A stretch of DNA of 64,000 nucleotides from Polyangiales bacterium (GTDB lineage Bacteria; Myxococcota_A; Polyangia; Polyangiales; Ga0077539): positions 111,225 to 175,224 of the forward strand of contig JBGARZ010000019.1 in the NCBI GenBank assembly GCA_044229975.1, written 5' to 3'. Numbering within the stretch: the first letter of the stretch is position 1; each line of letters starts with the position of its first letter. The position numbers and the translations under genes are program-made. A model generated the notes under the pieces. The model was given only the letters and a program-made list of their open reading frames with translations. It was not told the origin of the DNA and made no database searches. This document shows, one piece after another, positions 47,559 through 57,409 of this stretch.

Positions 47559-48710
47559 ATGCTCTACACGCTCCTCTACTCGCTGCGTCACTCGTCGTCG
47601 CACCTCGGTTGGCTCAACGTCCTGCGGTACATCCCGTTCCGGGTGATCCTGTCGATCCTCACCGCGATGGTGATGTCGTTCACGCTGGGGCCGTGGTTCA
47701 TCAACCGGCTGCGCTCGCGACAGATCGGGCAGGTGGTGCGCGACGACGGGCCGCAGTCGCACCTCTCCAAGCGGGGCACGCCCACCATGGGCGGGTCGCT
47801 CATCCTGTTTACGCTGGTGGTGCCGACGCTGCTCTGGGCCGACCCCCACAACAGCTACGTGTGGCTCACGCTGCTGGTCACTGTCTGCTACGGCGGCATC
47901 GGGTTTCTCGACGACTACCTCAAGCTCAAGAAGCTCAACTCGGCCGGGCTCGCGGGGCGCTACAAGCTCGTCGGGCAGTTCGCCGTGGCGGCCCTGGTCG
48001 TCGGCTACCTGTTCTACGGGCACGGGTCGTTTCTGCCCGGGGACTGGGTCGCGCATCGGCACTCGCTGGCGTTGCCCTTCGCGGCCTTCAGCAAGCACCA
48101 CTTCGTGCTGCCGCTCGCGCTGTACTTCGTGTTCGGGATGGTCGTGGTGGTCGGCACCTCCAACGCCGTCAACCTCACCGACGGCCTCGACGGGCTCGCC
48201 ATCGGGCCCGTCATCATCAGCGCGGGCACCTACCTGATCTTCGCGTACGTCACGGGCGCGACCTTCTTCGGCCGCGACCTCTCGGGCTACCTCGACCTGC
48301 CGCCGCTGCGCTCCACGGGCGAGCTCGCGGTGCTATGCGGCGCGATGATCGGGAGCGGCGTCGGGTTCCTCTGGTACAACACATACCCGGCGTCGGTGTT
48401 CATGGGGGACGTCGGCGCGCTGGCCCTCGGCGGCACCCTCGGCATGCTGGCGCTCGTCACCAAGAACGAGTTCCTGAGCATCCTGCTGGGCGGCATCTTC
48501 TTCGTGGAGATCATGAGCGTGATCATCCAACGCTCGTGGTTCGCGGTGACCAAGCGGCGCTACGGCACCGGGCGCCGGATCTTCCTGATGGCGCCGATCC
48601 ACCACCACTTCGAGAAGGCCGGCTGGGCCGAGCCGAAGATCATCGTCCGCTTCTGGATCATCTCCATCATGCTGGCCCTGGTGTCGCTCGCGAGCCTCAA
48701 GCTGCGGTAA
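47559..48710 (+). CDS. mraY: Phospho-MurNAc-pentapeptide transferase
   Basis: KRGTPTMGG, GFLDDY, NAVNLTDGLDGL, FMGDVG, MAPIHHHFE. Confidence 0.98.
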   Translation: MLYTLLYSLRHSSSHLGWLNVLRYIPFRVILSILTAMVMSFTLGPWFINRLRSRQIGQVVRDDGPQSHLSKRGTPTMGGSLILFTLVVPTLLWADPHNSYVWLTLLVTVCYGGIGFLDDYLKLKKLNSAGLAGRYKLVGQFAVAALVVGYLFYGHGSFLPGDWVAHRHSLALPFAAFSKHHFVLPLALYFVFGMVVVVGTSNAVNLTDGLDGLAIGPVIISAGTYLIFAYVTGATFFGRDLSGYLDLPPLRSTGELAVLCGAMIGSGVGFLWYNTYPASVFMGDVGALALGGTLGMLALVTKNEFLSILLGGIFFVEIMSVIIQRSWFAVTKRRYGTGRRIFLMAPIHHHFEKAGWAEPKIIVRFWIISIMLALVSLASLKLR

Positions 48711-50071
48711 TGAACGCCCGGTCGGCGCTGCTGCTGTCCGCTCTCTGCGCCGCGTCGTGCAGCGACCTCAACCCTCCCGGCGACTTCCAACCGGGCGACG
48801 CCTGGACCCAGCCCGACGTCGCGGTCGACACGCCCTCCGCATCCGACGTCACCATCGCGAGCGACTCGCCCGCGATCATCGATGCGGCTGCGATCGACGC
48901 TGCAATCGCGATGGATGTGGCGGGTGCCGATCTCACGACGGTGCGCGACGCGGGCGCCGACGCCCCTCCGCTCATGGACGTCCCGTCGACCATCGACGTA
49001 CCCGTCGCGCCCGATGTCCCCGTGTTTGCGGACGTGGCGGTCGTCGTGGAGGTGGGGGTCGACCGTCCCGAGGTGCCCGATGTTCCGCCGCCTCCGTGCT
49101 CCGACGGCGCGACGCAGTCCTGCTACACGGGCCCCGATCGAACCGTGTCCATCGGCCGTTGCCGCAGCGGAACCCAGACCTGCACGAGCGGAGCGTGGGG
49201 CGCCTGCATGGGCGAGACGCTCCCCGTCATCGAGACCTGCAACAACGTCGACGACGACTGCGACGGCACCGCGGACGACGGCGCCACGGCCGCGTGCCCG
49301 GCGCGAGCCAACACCGGCGCCCTCTGCACCGCGGGGGCGTGCGTCTACGCCTGCTCGGCGGGCTACATCGACTGCAACATGGTCGCGAGCGACGGCTGCG
49401 AGACCATGGGAGCGTGCGTCTCGCTCACCGACGGCCTCGTGGTGCACCACCCCTTCGACGGAACCGCCGTGGACATCCGCCACGGCGCCAACGGCACGGT
49501 CATCGGCGTCTCCTTCGTCAACGACCGCTTCAACAACCCGGCCCGCGCGGCCCGCTTCTCGGCGGCGTCGTCGGGGTTCTCCGGGTCGTCGGTGGTCGTT
49601 CCCAACAACAGCCGCCTGCCCGTCGGCGCGTCGGCGCGAACGCTCTCCCTCTGGATCAACGACCGCCGCAACACCAGCACCTGGCAGTACCGCAGCGTTG
49701 TTGGCTACGGCGACATCATGACGGCGACGCGCTTCGGCATCTCCATGCTGGCCGACTTCGGGGCGCGCACCGACCGACCGCTCTTCTCCGGACAGTCCGC
49801 CGACGTCGGCGGGAGCACCGACTTCCTGGATTCGCGCTGGCACCACGTCGCGGCGACCTACGACGGCACGCTGCGCCTGTACGTCGACGGGGCGCTCAAC
49901 AACAGCAGCGCCGTGACGCTCAACACCACGACGCAGATGCTCTACATCGGGCGCGCTCCGGTGCGGATGAGCGAGTACTTCGACGGCGACATCGACGACC
50001 TGCGCATCTACGACCGGGCCCTGCGCGCCAACGAGATCAGCGCGCTGTACCACCTCGACGGGTGGCCGTAG
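48710..50071 (+). CDS. Cys-rich lipoprotein with C-terminal LamG/concanavalin-like domain
   Basis: TAATG overlap with mraY; lipobox AASC; DVP linker; CYTGP..ETCNNVDDDCDG motif; DRFNN..WHHVAATYDG..LYVDG..FDGDIDDLRIYDRAL..EISALY. Confidence 0.88.
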   Translation: MNARSALLLSALCAASCSDLNPPGDFQPGDAWTQPDVAVDTPSASDVTIASDSPAIIDAAAIDAAIAMDVAGADLTTVRDAGADAPPLMDVPSTIDVPVAPDVPVFADVAVVVEVGVDRPEVPDVPPPPCSDGATQSCYTGPDRTVSIGRCRSGTQTCTSGAWGACMGETLPVIETCNNVDDDCDGTADDGATAACPARANTGALCTAGACVYACSAGYIDCNMVASDGCETMGACVSLTDGLVVHHPFDGTAVDIRHGANGTVIGVSFVNDRFNNPARAARFSAASSGFSGSSVVVPNNSRLPVGASARTLSLWINDRRNTSTWQYRSVVGYGDIMTATRFGISMLADFGARTDRPLFSGQSADVGGSTDFLDSRWHHVAATYDGTLRLYVDGALNNSSAVTLNTTTQMLYIGRAPVRMSEYFDGDIDDLRIYDRALRANEISALYHLDGWP

Positions 50072-50093
50072 ACGGCGCGCGACGGAAGAGACA

Positions 50094-50240
50094 GCCGCAA
50101 GGGCGCCAGGGTCGCAAGGGAGAGACGAAGGCTCCAGCGAGCGACGGCGGGGCCACGTTGGACGAGCAACGTTGCTCGACCGAGTCAGGGCCCCTTCCAG
50201 CTCACCCCTCTCTCCCTTGCGACCCTTGCGCCCTTGCGGC
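50094..50240. repeat. REP-like inverted-repeat element, copy B
   Basis: 32-bp arms 50094-50125 and 50209-50240 (31/32 complementary); internal perfect palindrome CGAGCAACGTTGCTCG at 50163-50178. Confidence 0.85.
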
Positions 50241-50263
50241 CAACTCCTCCGCCCCGAAGCGCT

Positions 50264-51115
50264 TCAGGGCGCGACGAACGCGATCTCCGTCCACAGCTCG
50301 CGCGCGCCACCCGCCGCGACCTCCAATAGATGCTCGCCGGTGTTGAGCGCGTCGGTCGCCGCGGTCCAGGGTTCGAGGCAGACGAAGTCCTTGCCTGCGA
50401 GGGTCCACACGACCCAGCGCCAGTACTCGGGTGAGCCCGACACTTCGACGCGCGCACCATCGGCCAGCGCGAGCGTGGCGTCGCTGCGACCATGATCGTC
50501 GAGGTGGAGGTCGACCTCCGGTCGCGTGAGGTCGATGGGCCCGTCGAGGGCGATCTCCCGCTTCGCGAAGTTGTCCCAGGCCCGCGTCGCCGCCGTTGCG
50601 ATGGACACCCGCGCCTTCTCCCCATCGGGAACATGGAAGTACGGGTGAAAGCCCATCGCGAAGGGCATCGCGGTGGCGCTGTGGTTGTCGAAGCGCTGCT
50701 CGATGCGCAGCGTCGCTCCACGAAGCACATATCGAAACGTCAGCGCGAACTCCCACGGAAACTGCGCCCGCGTCGCCTCGTCGGCGACCAGCGAAAGCGT
50801 CACCTCGCGCCCGGTCTGGGCGGTCACCGTCCATGGTCGCTGCCGCGCGAAGCCATGCTGCTTCATGCTCCCGCTCGCACCGCCGCGTGAGAAGCGCTCG
50901 CCCGCGAGCGGACCGGGCGAGGGGAAGAGCACCGGGACGCCGCCGCGGATGTTCTTGGTGTCGTCGGCGAGGGTCGCGTCGTCCATGTAGAGCACCGGGC
51001 GACCGGCGACCGAGAAGCGGGTCACGATGCCTCCGCGCGCGGGGCTCAGCACCACCCGGGCATCGATGTCCGGGTCATGGAGGGCGACGGTCTCCAGCTC
51101 AACAAGTGGGCGCAT
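50264..51115 (-). CDS. Aldose 1-epimerase / galactose mutarotase-like protein
   Basis: RGGVPVLFP, QHGFAR, GFHPYF, FVCLEPW. Confidence 0.9.
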   Translation of the reverse strand: MRPLVELETVALHDPDIDARVVLSPARGGIVTRFSVAGRPVLYMDDATLADDTKNIRGGVPVLFPSPGPLAGERFSRGGASGSMKQHGFARQRPWTVTAQTGREVTLSLVADEATRAQFPWEFALTFRYVLRGATLRIEQRFDNHSATAMPFAMGFHPYFHVPDGEKARVSIATAATRAWDNFAKREIALDGPIDLTRPEVDLHLDDHGRSDATLALADGARVEVSGSPEYWRWVVWTLAGKDFVCLEPWTAATDALNTGEHLLEVAAGGARELWTEIAFVAP

Positions 51116-51199
51116 GGCGCCGGAGACTACCAATCGTCCGTGGCACTTCGTTGCGCTGATTTCGTGGTCGCGCGGAGAGGTGCGCTAAGGCCCCGTACC

Positions 51200-52558
51200 G
51201 TGAGCGGCACGGTGCGAGGCATGCGCGTGGTGGTGGTGGGCCTCGGCGTGTCCGGCGTCGCCGCGGCTCGTCGGGCGTTGGACGACGGCGCGGCGCAGGT
51301 CACGGTCAACGACCGGCGCAGCGCGGCGGAGATCGACCTCGGTCGGTACGCCGAGCTGACGCGACGGGGCGTGGAGTTTGCGCTCGGCGGTCACGACGAC
51401 GCGGTCTTCGCCGACGCGGAGGTGATCGTGTTGTCGCCGGGCGTTCCGCCGCTGGAGGCCGTCACGCGGGCGAAGGCGCGCGGGGTGCAGGTCATCGGCG
51501 AGCTCGAGCTCGCGAGCTGGTACGTCGAGGCGCCCGTCCTCGCCGTCACCGGAACCAACGGCAAGAGCACCGTCACCACCCTGCTCGGTGAGATGCTGGA
51601 GTCGTCGGGCTACGCGACCTTCACCGGCGGCAACCTGGGCGTCCCGTGGTGCGAGGCCGTCGGCACCGACGCCACCTCCGCGAGCGGGCGCTGCGTCATC
51701 GAGGTGAGCTCCTACCAGCTCGAAGCCACCGAGCGCTTCAAGCCCGCGGTCGCCGTGTGGCTCAACCTCACCGCCGATCACCTCGATCGCTACGGAACCA
51801 TGGCCGCCTACGGCGCCGCCAAGGCCCGCATCTTCCTTTCGCAACGTCCCACCGATCACGCCGTGGTGCCGGCCGATGATCCGGTGGTGCTGGCCTTCGC
51901 GCGCGGCGGATCGGCGCAGGTCCACACCTGGGGCGGCGAGCACAGCGAGGTCCGCATCGAGGACGACTCCATCATCGGCCCTGGCGGGTTGCGCGTCGCC
52001 ATCGCCGACGTCGGCATCAAGGGGGCGCACAACATCAGCAACGCCATGGCGGCGGCCCTCGCGGCGCACCTCGCGGGCGCGTCGCCGTCGGCCATCGGGC
52101 GAACGCTGCGGACCTTCACGGGTCTGCCGCACCGGATGCAGCGGGTGGTGGAGCGCTCGGGCGTGGTCTACGTCGACGACTCCAAGGCGACCAACGTGGG
52201 CGCGGCGCTCAAGGCGCTCGAAGGCGTCGACCGGCGCGTGGTGCTCATCGCGGGCGGCCGCGACAAGGGCGGGTCCTACGACCCGCTGGTGCAGCTCCTG
52301 CGCGTGAAGGCGCGGGCGGTGGTGCTGCTGGGCGAGGCGGCGCCGCTGATGTCGCGCGCGATGGGGTCGAGCGTCCCGCACGAGACGGCCGAGAGCATGG
52401 AGGACGCCGTACGTCGCGCGTCGGCGCTGGCGCGACCGGGCGACTGCGTGCTGCTGGCGCCGGCGTGCAGCTCGCTGGACATGTATCGCAACTACGCCGA
52501 GCGGGGCGATGCGTTCGCGGCGGCGGCGCGGTCGCTGGGCGAGGGGGTGACGGCGTGA
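51200..52558 (+). CDS. murD: UDP-MurNAc-L-Ala-D-Glu ligase (start GTG 51200 or ATG 51221)
   Basis: VVGLGVSG, SPGVP, VTGTNGKST, EVSSYQLE, DHLDRY, GLPHRMQ, DDSKATN, LAPACSSLD. Confidence 0.97.
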   Translation: MSGTVRGMRVVVVGLGVSGVAAARRALDDGAAQVTVNDRRSAAEIDLGRYAELTRRGVEFALGGHDDAVFADAEVIVLSPGVPPLEAVTRAKARGVQVIGELELASWYVEAPVLAVTGTNGKSTVTTLLGEMLESSGYATFTGGNLGVPWCEAVGTDATSASGRCVIEVSSYQLEATERFKPAVAVWLNLTADHLDRYGTMAAYGAAKARIFLSQRPTDHAVVPADDPVVLAFARGGSAQVHTWGGEHSEVRIEDDSIIGPGGLRVAIADVGIKGAHNISNAMAAALAAHLAGASPSAIGRTLRTFTGLPHRMQRVVERSGVVYVDDSKATNVGAALKALEGVDRRVVLIAGGRDKGGSYDPLVQLLRVKARAVVLLGEAAPLMSRAMGSSVPHETAESMEDAVRRASALARPGDCVLLAPACSSLDMYRNYAERGDAFAAAARSLGEGVTA

Positions 52559-53736
52559 GCGCGGCGCCGACCAACGCGCGACGGGACTCCATGGCGCCCG
52601 TCGGGGTTCCGCCGTACCGCGAGCAGGCGGTGGCGAAGTCCGGGCCGCTGGGTCAGGTCGACCACGCGCTCCTGGGCGTGACGATGCTCCTCGTGGCCTT
52701 TGGCATCGTGATGGTCTACTCGGCCAGCGCGGTCTTCGCGGAGCACCTGCACCACAACGGACAGTTCTTCCTGCTGCGGCAGGTGATGTACGCGGTGCTC
52801 GGCTTCACCGGCATGACCTTCTTCGCGGTGCAGGACCACCGCAAGCTGCGGGCGTTCACGTACCCGATGCTCGGCGCGACGGTGGTGCTGATGCTCGCGG
52901 TGGTGCTCGGCGCGGGGCACTCGGGCGGCGGCGCGGCGCGCTGGCTGCGCCTCGGGCCCGTCAACGTGCAGCCCGCGGAGATCGCCAAGCTCTCGCTCAT
53001 CGTCTGGCTGTCGCACTCGCTCGCCAAGAAGAACGAGAAGATCCGCACCTTCTCCGTCGGCTTCCTGCCGCACCTGCTGGTCGCGGGCTTCTTGATGTTG
53101 CTCTGCCTGAAGCAGCCCGACTTCGGCTCTGCCGTGGTGCTGCTGCTGCTCACCTTCACGCTGCTCTTCGTGGCGGGCGCGCGCACCGGCTACATCCTCG
53201 GGACGCTCATCGCGGCCCTCCCCGTCGCGGCGTACCTGGTGCTCGGAACCGAGTACCGCCGCCGTCGCTGGGAGGCCTTCCTCGCGCCCGAGCGCTTCCG
53301 CAGCACCATCTCGTATCAGCTCGTCGAGTCGATGATGTCCTTCGGCTCTGGCGGCCTCACGGGCGTCGGGCTCGGCGACTCGCGGCAGAAGCTCTTCTTC
53401 CTCCCCGAAGCGCACACCGACTTCATCAGCGCGATTCTCGGCGAGGAGCTCGGCTTCGTCGGCGTGGCGGGGCTCATCCTGGCGTACGCGTTCCTCATCT
53501 GGCGGGGCGTCCGCATCGCGCTGCGGGCCGCCGACGACCACGGGACGTACCTCGCGTTCGGCGTGACGACGCTGCTCACGTTGCAGGCGCTCATCAACCT
53601 GGGCGTGGCGATGGGTGCGCTGCCCACCAAGGGGCTGACGCTGCCGTTCATCTCGTACGGCGGCAGCTCGCTGGTGATCGACCTCGCGGCCATCGGCATC
53701 CTGCTGTCGGTGTCGCGCTCCGCGAAGGCGGCCTGA
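52555..53736 (+). CDS. ftsW: SEDS peptidoglycan polymerase FtsW
   Basis: MVYSAS, QPAEIAK, QPDFGS, LPEAHTDFI, EELG, PTKGLTLPFISYGGSS. Confidence 0.97.
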   Translation: MSAAPTNARRDSMAPVGVPPYREQAVAKSGPLGQVDHALLGVTMLLVAFGIVMVYSASAVFAEHLHHNGQFFLLRQVMYAVLGFTGMTFFAVQDHRKLRAFTYPMLGATVVLMLAVVLGAGHSGGGAARWLRLGPVNVQPAEIAKLSLIVWLSHSLAKKNEKIRTFSVGFLPHLLVAGFLMLLCLKQPDFGSAVVLLLLTFTLLFVAGARTGYILGTLIAALPVAAYLVLGTEYRRRRWEAFLAPERFRSTISYQLVESMMSFGSGGLTGVGLGDSRQKLFFLPEAHTDFISAILGEELGFVGVAGLILAYAFLIWRGVRIALRAADDHGTYLAFGVTTLLTLQALINLGVAMGALPTKGLTLPFISYGGSSLVIDLAAIGILLSVSRSAKAA

Positions 53737-53748
53737 GTCGACGGCCGC

Positions 53749-54855
53749 GTGGAGGCCCTTCGCTTCATGGTCGCGGGCGGCGGAACCGGCGGCCACGTCT
53801 TCCCCGGCATCGCGGTCGCCGACGCGCTCGATCGTCGCGTGCGCGACCTCTCCGTCTGCTGGGTCGGAACCTCCCGCGGCATCGAGGCGCGCGTCCTCCC
53901 GACGACCCCGTGGCGCTTCGAGCCGATGGACCTCTCCGGGCTCAACGGCGTTCGTGGTCGTGCGCTGGTGAAGGCGCTGGCGAAGCTCCCTCCCGCGGCG
54001 ACACATGCGTGGCGGGCGCTTCGTCGCGAGCGTCCGCACGTCGTGCTGGGCGTCGGCGGCTACGCGGGCGGACCGCTGGTGGCGATGGCCGCGGCGATGC
54101 GCATCCCGACGGCGGTGCTCGAACCCAACGCCGTCCCCGGGCTCACCAATCGACTGCTTTCGCGCGTGGTGAAGCGCGCCTTCGTGACCCACGAAGAGAC
54201 GCTCTCCGCCTTCCCGAAGGGCGTCGGCGTGGTCACCGGGTCGCCGGTGCGGCGGGCCTTCCTGGCGCGCATGGCGTCGGGCGTCGCCGTGAGCGGCGAG
54301 CTGTCGGTGCTGGTGCTGGGCGGCAGCCAGGGGGCGCGGGCGATCAACGCCGCGATGCCGGGCGCCGTCGCGCGGCTGCGGGCGGGCGGTCTCGCGGTGA
54401 AGGTGACCCACCAGACGGGCGCGTCGGAGCGCGACGCGGTGGTGGCGGCGTACGCGGCGCTCGGTGTCGAGGCCGACGTCGTGGCCTTCATCGACGACGT
54501 GGCGACGGTGATGGCCGACGCGTCGCTGGTGGTGTGCCGCGCGGGCGCGATGACCGTGGCCGAGCTCGGCGTGCTCGGGCGGCCGGCGCTCTACATCCCG
54601 CTACCCACCGCGGCCGACGACCACCAGCGCAAGAACGCCGAGGCCATGAGCGCCCGCGGCGCCGCCCGCTGGATCGCTCAGTCCGCCCTCACGCCCGAGA
54701 CGCTGGGCGACGAGATGGGGCGCGTGCTGCGGGACGGCGACGCGCTCCAGGCGATGGGCGCGGCGGCGTGGGCGAGCGCGCGGCCCGACGCGGCGGGCGT
54801 CATCGCGGATGGGCTGCTGGGACTCGCGGGCGGCGTCGGCGTGCAGCGCGGCTGA
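53749..54855 (+). CDS. murG: Lipid II GlcNAc transferase
   Basis: AGGGTGGHVFPG, GVGGY, EPN..PGLTN, GGSQGA, RAGA.T..E, DHQ..NA. Confidence 0.97.
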   Translation: MEALRFMVAGGGTGGHVFPGIAVADALDRRVRDLSVCWVGTSRGIEARVLPTTPWRFEPMDLSGLNGVRGRALVKALAKLPPAATHAWRALRRERPHVVLGVGGYAGGPLVAMAAAMRIPTAVLEPNAVPGLTNRLLSRVVKRAFVTHEETLSAFPKGVGVVTGSPVRRAFLARMASGVAVSGELSVLVLGGSQGARAINAAMPGAVARLRAGGLAVKVTHQTGASERDAVVAAYAALGVEADVVAFIDDVATVMADASLVVCRAGAMTVAELGVLGRPALYIPLPTAADDHQRKNAEAMSARGAARWIAQSALTPETLGDEMGRVLRDGDALQAMGAAAWASARPDAAGVIADGLLGLAGGVGVQRG

Positions 54856-54900
54856 GGCACGCACCCTCCGCGGCGCACCTCGTTTGTGTAGCATCGCGGG

Positions 54901-55464
54901 ATGCAGCCCACGCTCCCCGTCACGGTTCGCCACTTCGAGGGTGGTGGTTGCGCCACCATCGTGTTCGGGTCGTTTGCGGCGCTCCTGCTGACGGCCGGGA
55001 TGCGGGGCATCGCACTGGTCGCGGGCCTGCCCGTCGAACCGATGGTTGCGGGCGGCGCGGGCGTGTCGCTGTTGATGATGGTCGGGATGATGTTCTTCTT
55101 CTCGACGGACACGGTCGCGGTGGTCGATCGGGAGGGGATCAAGGTCACGATCCAGCGCCGGCTCGGCCCGCTGCGCGGCGGCGTGCAGACGCTCTTCGAG
55201 ACGCGGTGGTCCGACGGCGCGAAGGTCGTCGACGTCACGTCGGTGCGCATCACCGCCAACCGCGGCACGCAGAAGTACTACCGACTGCGCGTCGGCAAGA
55301 ACACCGTCGAGAGCGCGCAGCTCGGCACCGGCAGCCGCGACGGGAAGTACCTCGAACTCGTCGAAGCGGTTCGCGTCGCCATCGGCGATCGCCTCGAAGA
55401 GAAGTCCGACCTGGGCGACCTCGACGACGTCATCCGCAAGGTCGCCAACTCCCCGCCGCGCTGA
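54901..55464 (+). CDS. Hypothetical membrane protein (2 TM + small beta domain)
   Basis: Two hydrophobic helices followed by a soluble domain; TAGCAT -10-like box 6 nt upstream. Confidence 0.65.
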   Translation: MQPTLPVTVRHFEGGGCATIVFGSFAALLLTAGMRGIALVAGLPVEPMVAGGAGVSLLMMVGMMFFFSTDTVAVVDREGIKVTIQRRLGPLRGGVQTLFETRWSDGAKVVDVTSVRITANRGTQKYYRLRVGKNTVESAQLGTGSRDGKYLELVEAVRVAIGDRLEEKSDLGDLDDVIRKVANSPPR

Positions 55465-55468
55465 CCGC

Positions 55469-57358
55469 CTACTCTCGCGCGGCCGCCCGGCACCGCATCG
55501 CGCCCTCGAAGCCGTCGCCCGCCGTCGCCGTCAGCCGATGACCGGCGACGGACACCGCGCGCGTGCACACCCGCCCGTCGGTCGTCAGCTCCAGCTCCGC
55601 GCGTGAGACCGCGCCCATCTCACCCGGCGACGTCCACCCGACGAGCCCGATGGGCGGGTACGCCACCGTCATCGTCGCGCCCCCCGCGCTCGGACCATCG
55701 CACGCCGCGATGTCCGACCAGCGCATCGGCGGCAGCCCCTTCGGGTCGCCCCCGTCCACCGGGATGAACCGCCAGCGCGAGGGCTCACCCGTGTCGTGCA
55801 CGACCGGGCCGACCGACCCGTCCACGCGGGCGATCATCTGCAACGAGACGTCGTCGCTCATGAACCCACGCCGCGCGCGCACGACCCCGGTCGGATCGAT
55901 CACCATCACCACGCCGACCTGCTGCTCGCGCCCGATGTAGCCTCGCGACCACGTCTCCGCCGCGGAGTCATGGAGCGGCCGCGACCACGTCACCGTCACA
56001 CCGCCGTCCGGCGACGTCTGGAACAACGACCGCGGCGGCACCGCGTACTGCTCGACGAAGGCGTCGTGCACTCGGACAAACGGCCGCCCCGGCGTGCCCC
56101 ACGCCAGCACCGGCGGGCCACCCTCGCGCATCAGCACCAGCGCGCCCCGGCGCGTAAACGCCGACACCGTGAGCGGCCCACCCCGCGCGTCCACCACCGT
56201 CTGCATCGCCAGCCCGGCGCCCGACGGAGACGTGGTCGCGCTGAAGGGGCCCTGCGCGTCGGCGCCCCGCCAGGACACGCGCACCAGCGTCTGCAACGCC
56301 GGGCTCGCGCTGCTCCGCGTTCGCCAGAACATCGCGCGCACCGGGCCCGCGTCGGTCCCCATGACGATGTCCCGCGCGTCGACGTTGCGTCGTCGCAGCA
56401 TGGGCAGCGCCGTCAACGGCACCACCTGGGACTCCGATCGGCAGGTGTACCGCCGCGGCTCCTCGCGTGGTGCGGGCTCGGGCGTGCCTCCCGGTCGCCG
56501 CACACGGACCATGGGCCCGGCGCCCTCGAAGCGCTCGTAGCGGCGATTGATGAAGGGCCGGAGCTGGTCCTCTTCGGCGCGCGAGAGCTGTGTGCGATCG
56601 GGGCGGCGCACGACCTCTCCAACGGTGCTGCCATGCCGGTACGTCCACGGACCGTTGGTGCCTTCGAGGAAGACGCCACCGGTGCCGGGCGACACCGCCC
56701 AGACGACGTCGATCCCGCGGTGGAACTGCTCCCAGCGCTGGCCCGCGGTGTCGGTGATCATCGCGCGCCCGTCGCGCAGCACCGCGACGCCGTGGGTCGC
56801 GTCCACGAAGGTCGCGTCGCGCACATCCGCGGGGAGCCGGTGGCGAACGAGCCCGTTGCCGTCGCCGTCGGTGGTCCACAGCGAGCCGTCCTCGCCCAGG
56901 ATGACGGCGCGGCCGACGGAGACCCGCGCGACGCTGAAGGCCCCCGTGATGCGCCCCACCGGGCGAGGGGCGCCGAGGAAGGTCTCGCTCGACGCGACCG
57001 TCCCGTCGGCCGACACAAACACCCAGCCCCGCGTGACCGGAACCGCGGCGATGAGCGTGTCATCGAAGTGCGTCGTCGCGACGGAGATGCCGCGCGGGCC
57101 GATGGTGAAGCGCAGCAGGCCAAACAACACCTGGCGCGTGTTGCCCTCTCCCCGGTGCACCTCCCAGGCGTGGGCCTGGGATGGCCACGCGGGCGGATCA
57201 GGGCGTCGCACCTGCGTCACCGCCGGCTCGGCGCTTCGCACCACGAGCACCGACCCGCCCACGATCGCTGCGACGCTGACCGTGGCGATGGCCGCGCCCA
57301 CCCAACGGCGAGGCCGCTCCGTCGGCGCGTGACTCAGTTGGGGCGCGCGGTACGGCAT
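55469..57358 (-). CDS. Hypothetical membrane-anchored beta-rich (propeller-like) protein
   Basis: N-terminal TM; ATFVDATHGVAV..TDTAGQRW resembles a BNR/Asp-box; alternative TTG start at 57385. Confidence 0.6.
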   Translation of the reverse strand: MPYRAPQLSHAPTERPRRWVGAAIATVSVAAIVGGSVLVVRSAEPAVTQVRRPDPPAWPSQAHAWEVHRGEGNTRQVLFGLLRFTIGPRGISVATTHFDDTLIAAVPVTRGWVFVSADGTVASSETFLGAPRPVGRITGAFSVARVSVGRAVILGEDGSLWTTDGDGNGLVRHRLPADVRDATFVDATHGVAVLRDGRAMITDTAGQRWEQFHRGIDVVWAVSPGTGGVFLEGTNGPWTYRHGSTVGEVVRRPDRTQLSRAEEDQLRPFINRRYERFEGAGPMVRVRRPGGTPEPAPREEPRRYTCRSESQVVPLTALPMLRRRNVDARDIVMGTDAGPVRAMFWRTRSSASPALQTLVRVSWRGADAQGPFSATTSPSGAGLAMQTVVDARGGPLTVSAFTRRGALVLMREGGPPVLAWGTPGRPFVRVHDAFVEQYAVPPRSLFQTSPDGGVTVTWSRPLHDSAAETWSRGYIGREQQVGVVMVIDPTGVVRARRGFMSDDVSLQMIARVDGSVGPVVHDTGEPSRWRFIPVDGGDPKGLPPMRWSDIAACDGPSAGGATMTVAYPPIGLVGWTSPGEMGAVSRAELELTTDGRVCTRAVSVAGHRLTATAGDGFEGAMRCRAAARE

Positions 57359-57409
57359 CGCCCCGGAGGGTGGTCCATCGGTCAAGCAGGCGTCAACCCG
57401 CGCGGGTGG

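Noticed and set aside
39749..50071. Apparent fusions or long N-terminal extensions in the ORF track (39749..41341, 41635..42432, 47609..50071; likewise 31398..33491)
   Set aside because: Open upstream frames caused by high GC; internal starts with SDs or stop/start overlaps match the expected protein sizes.
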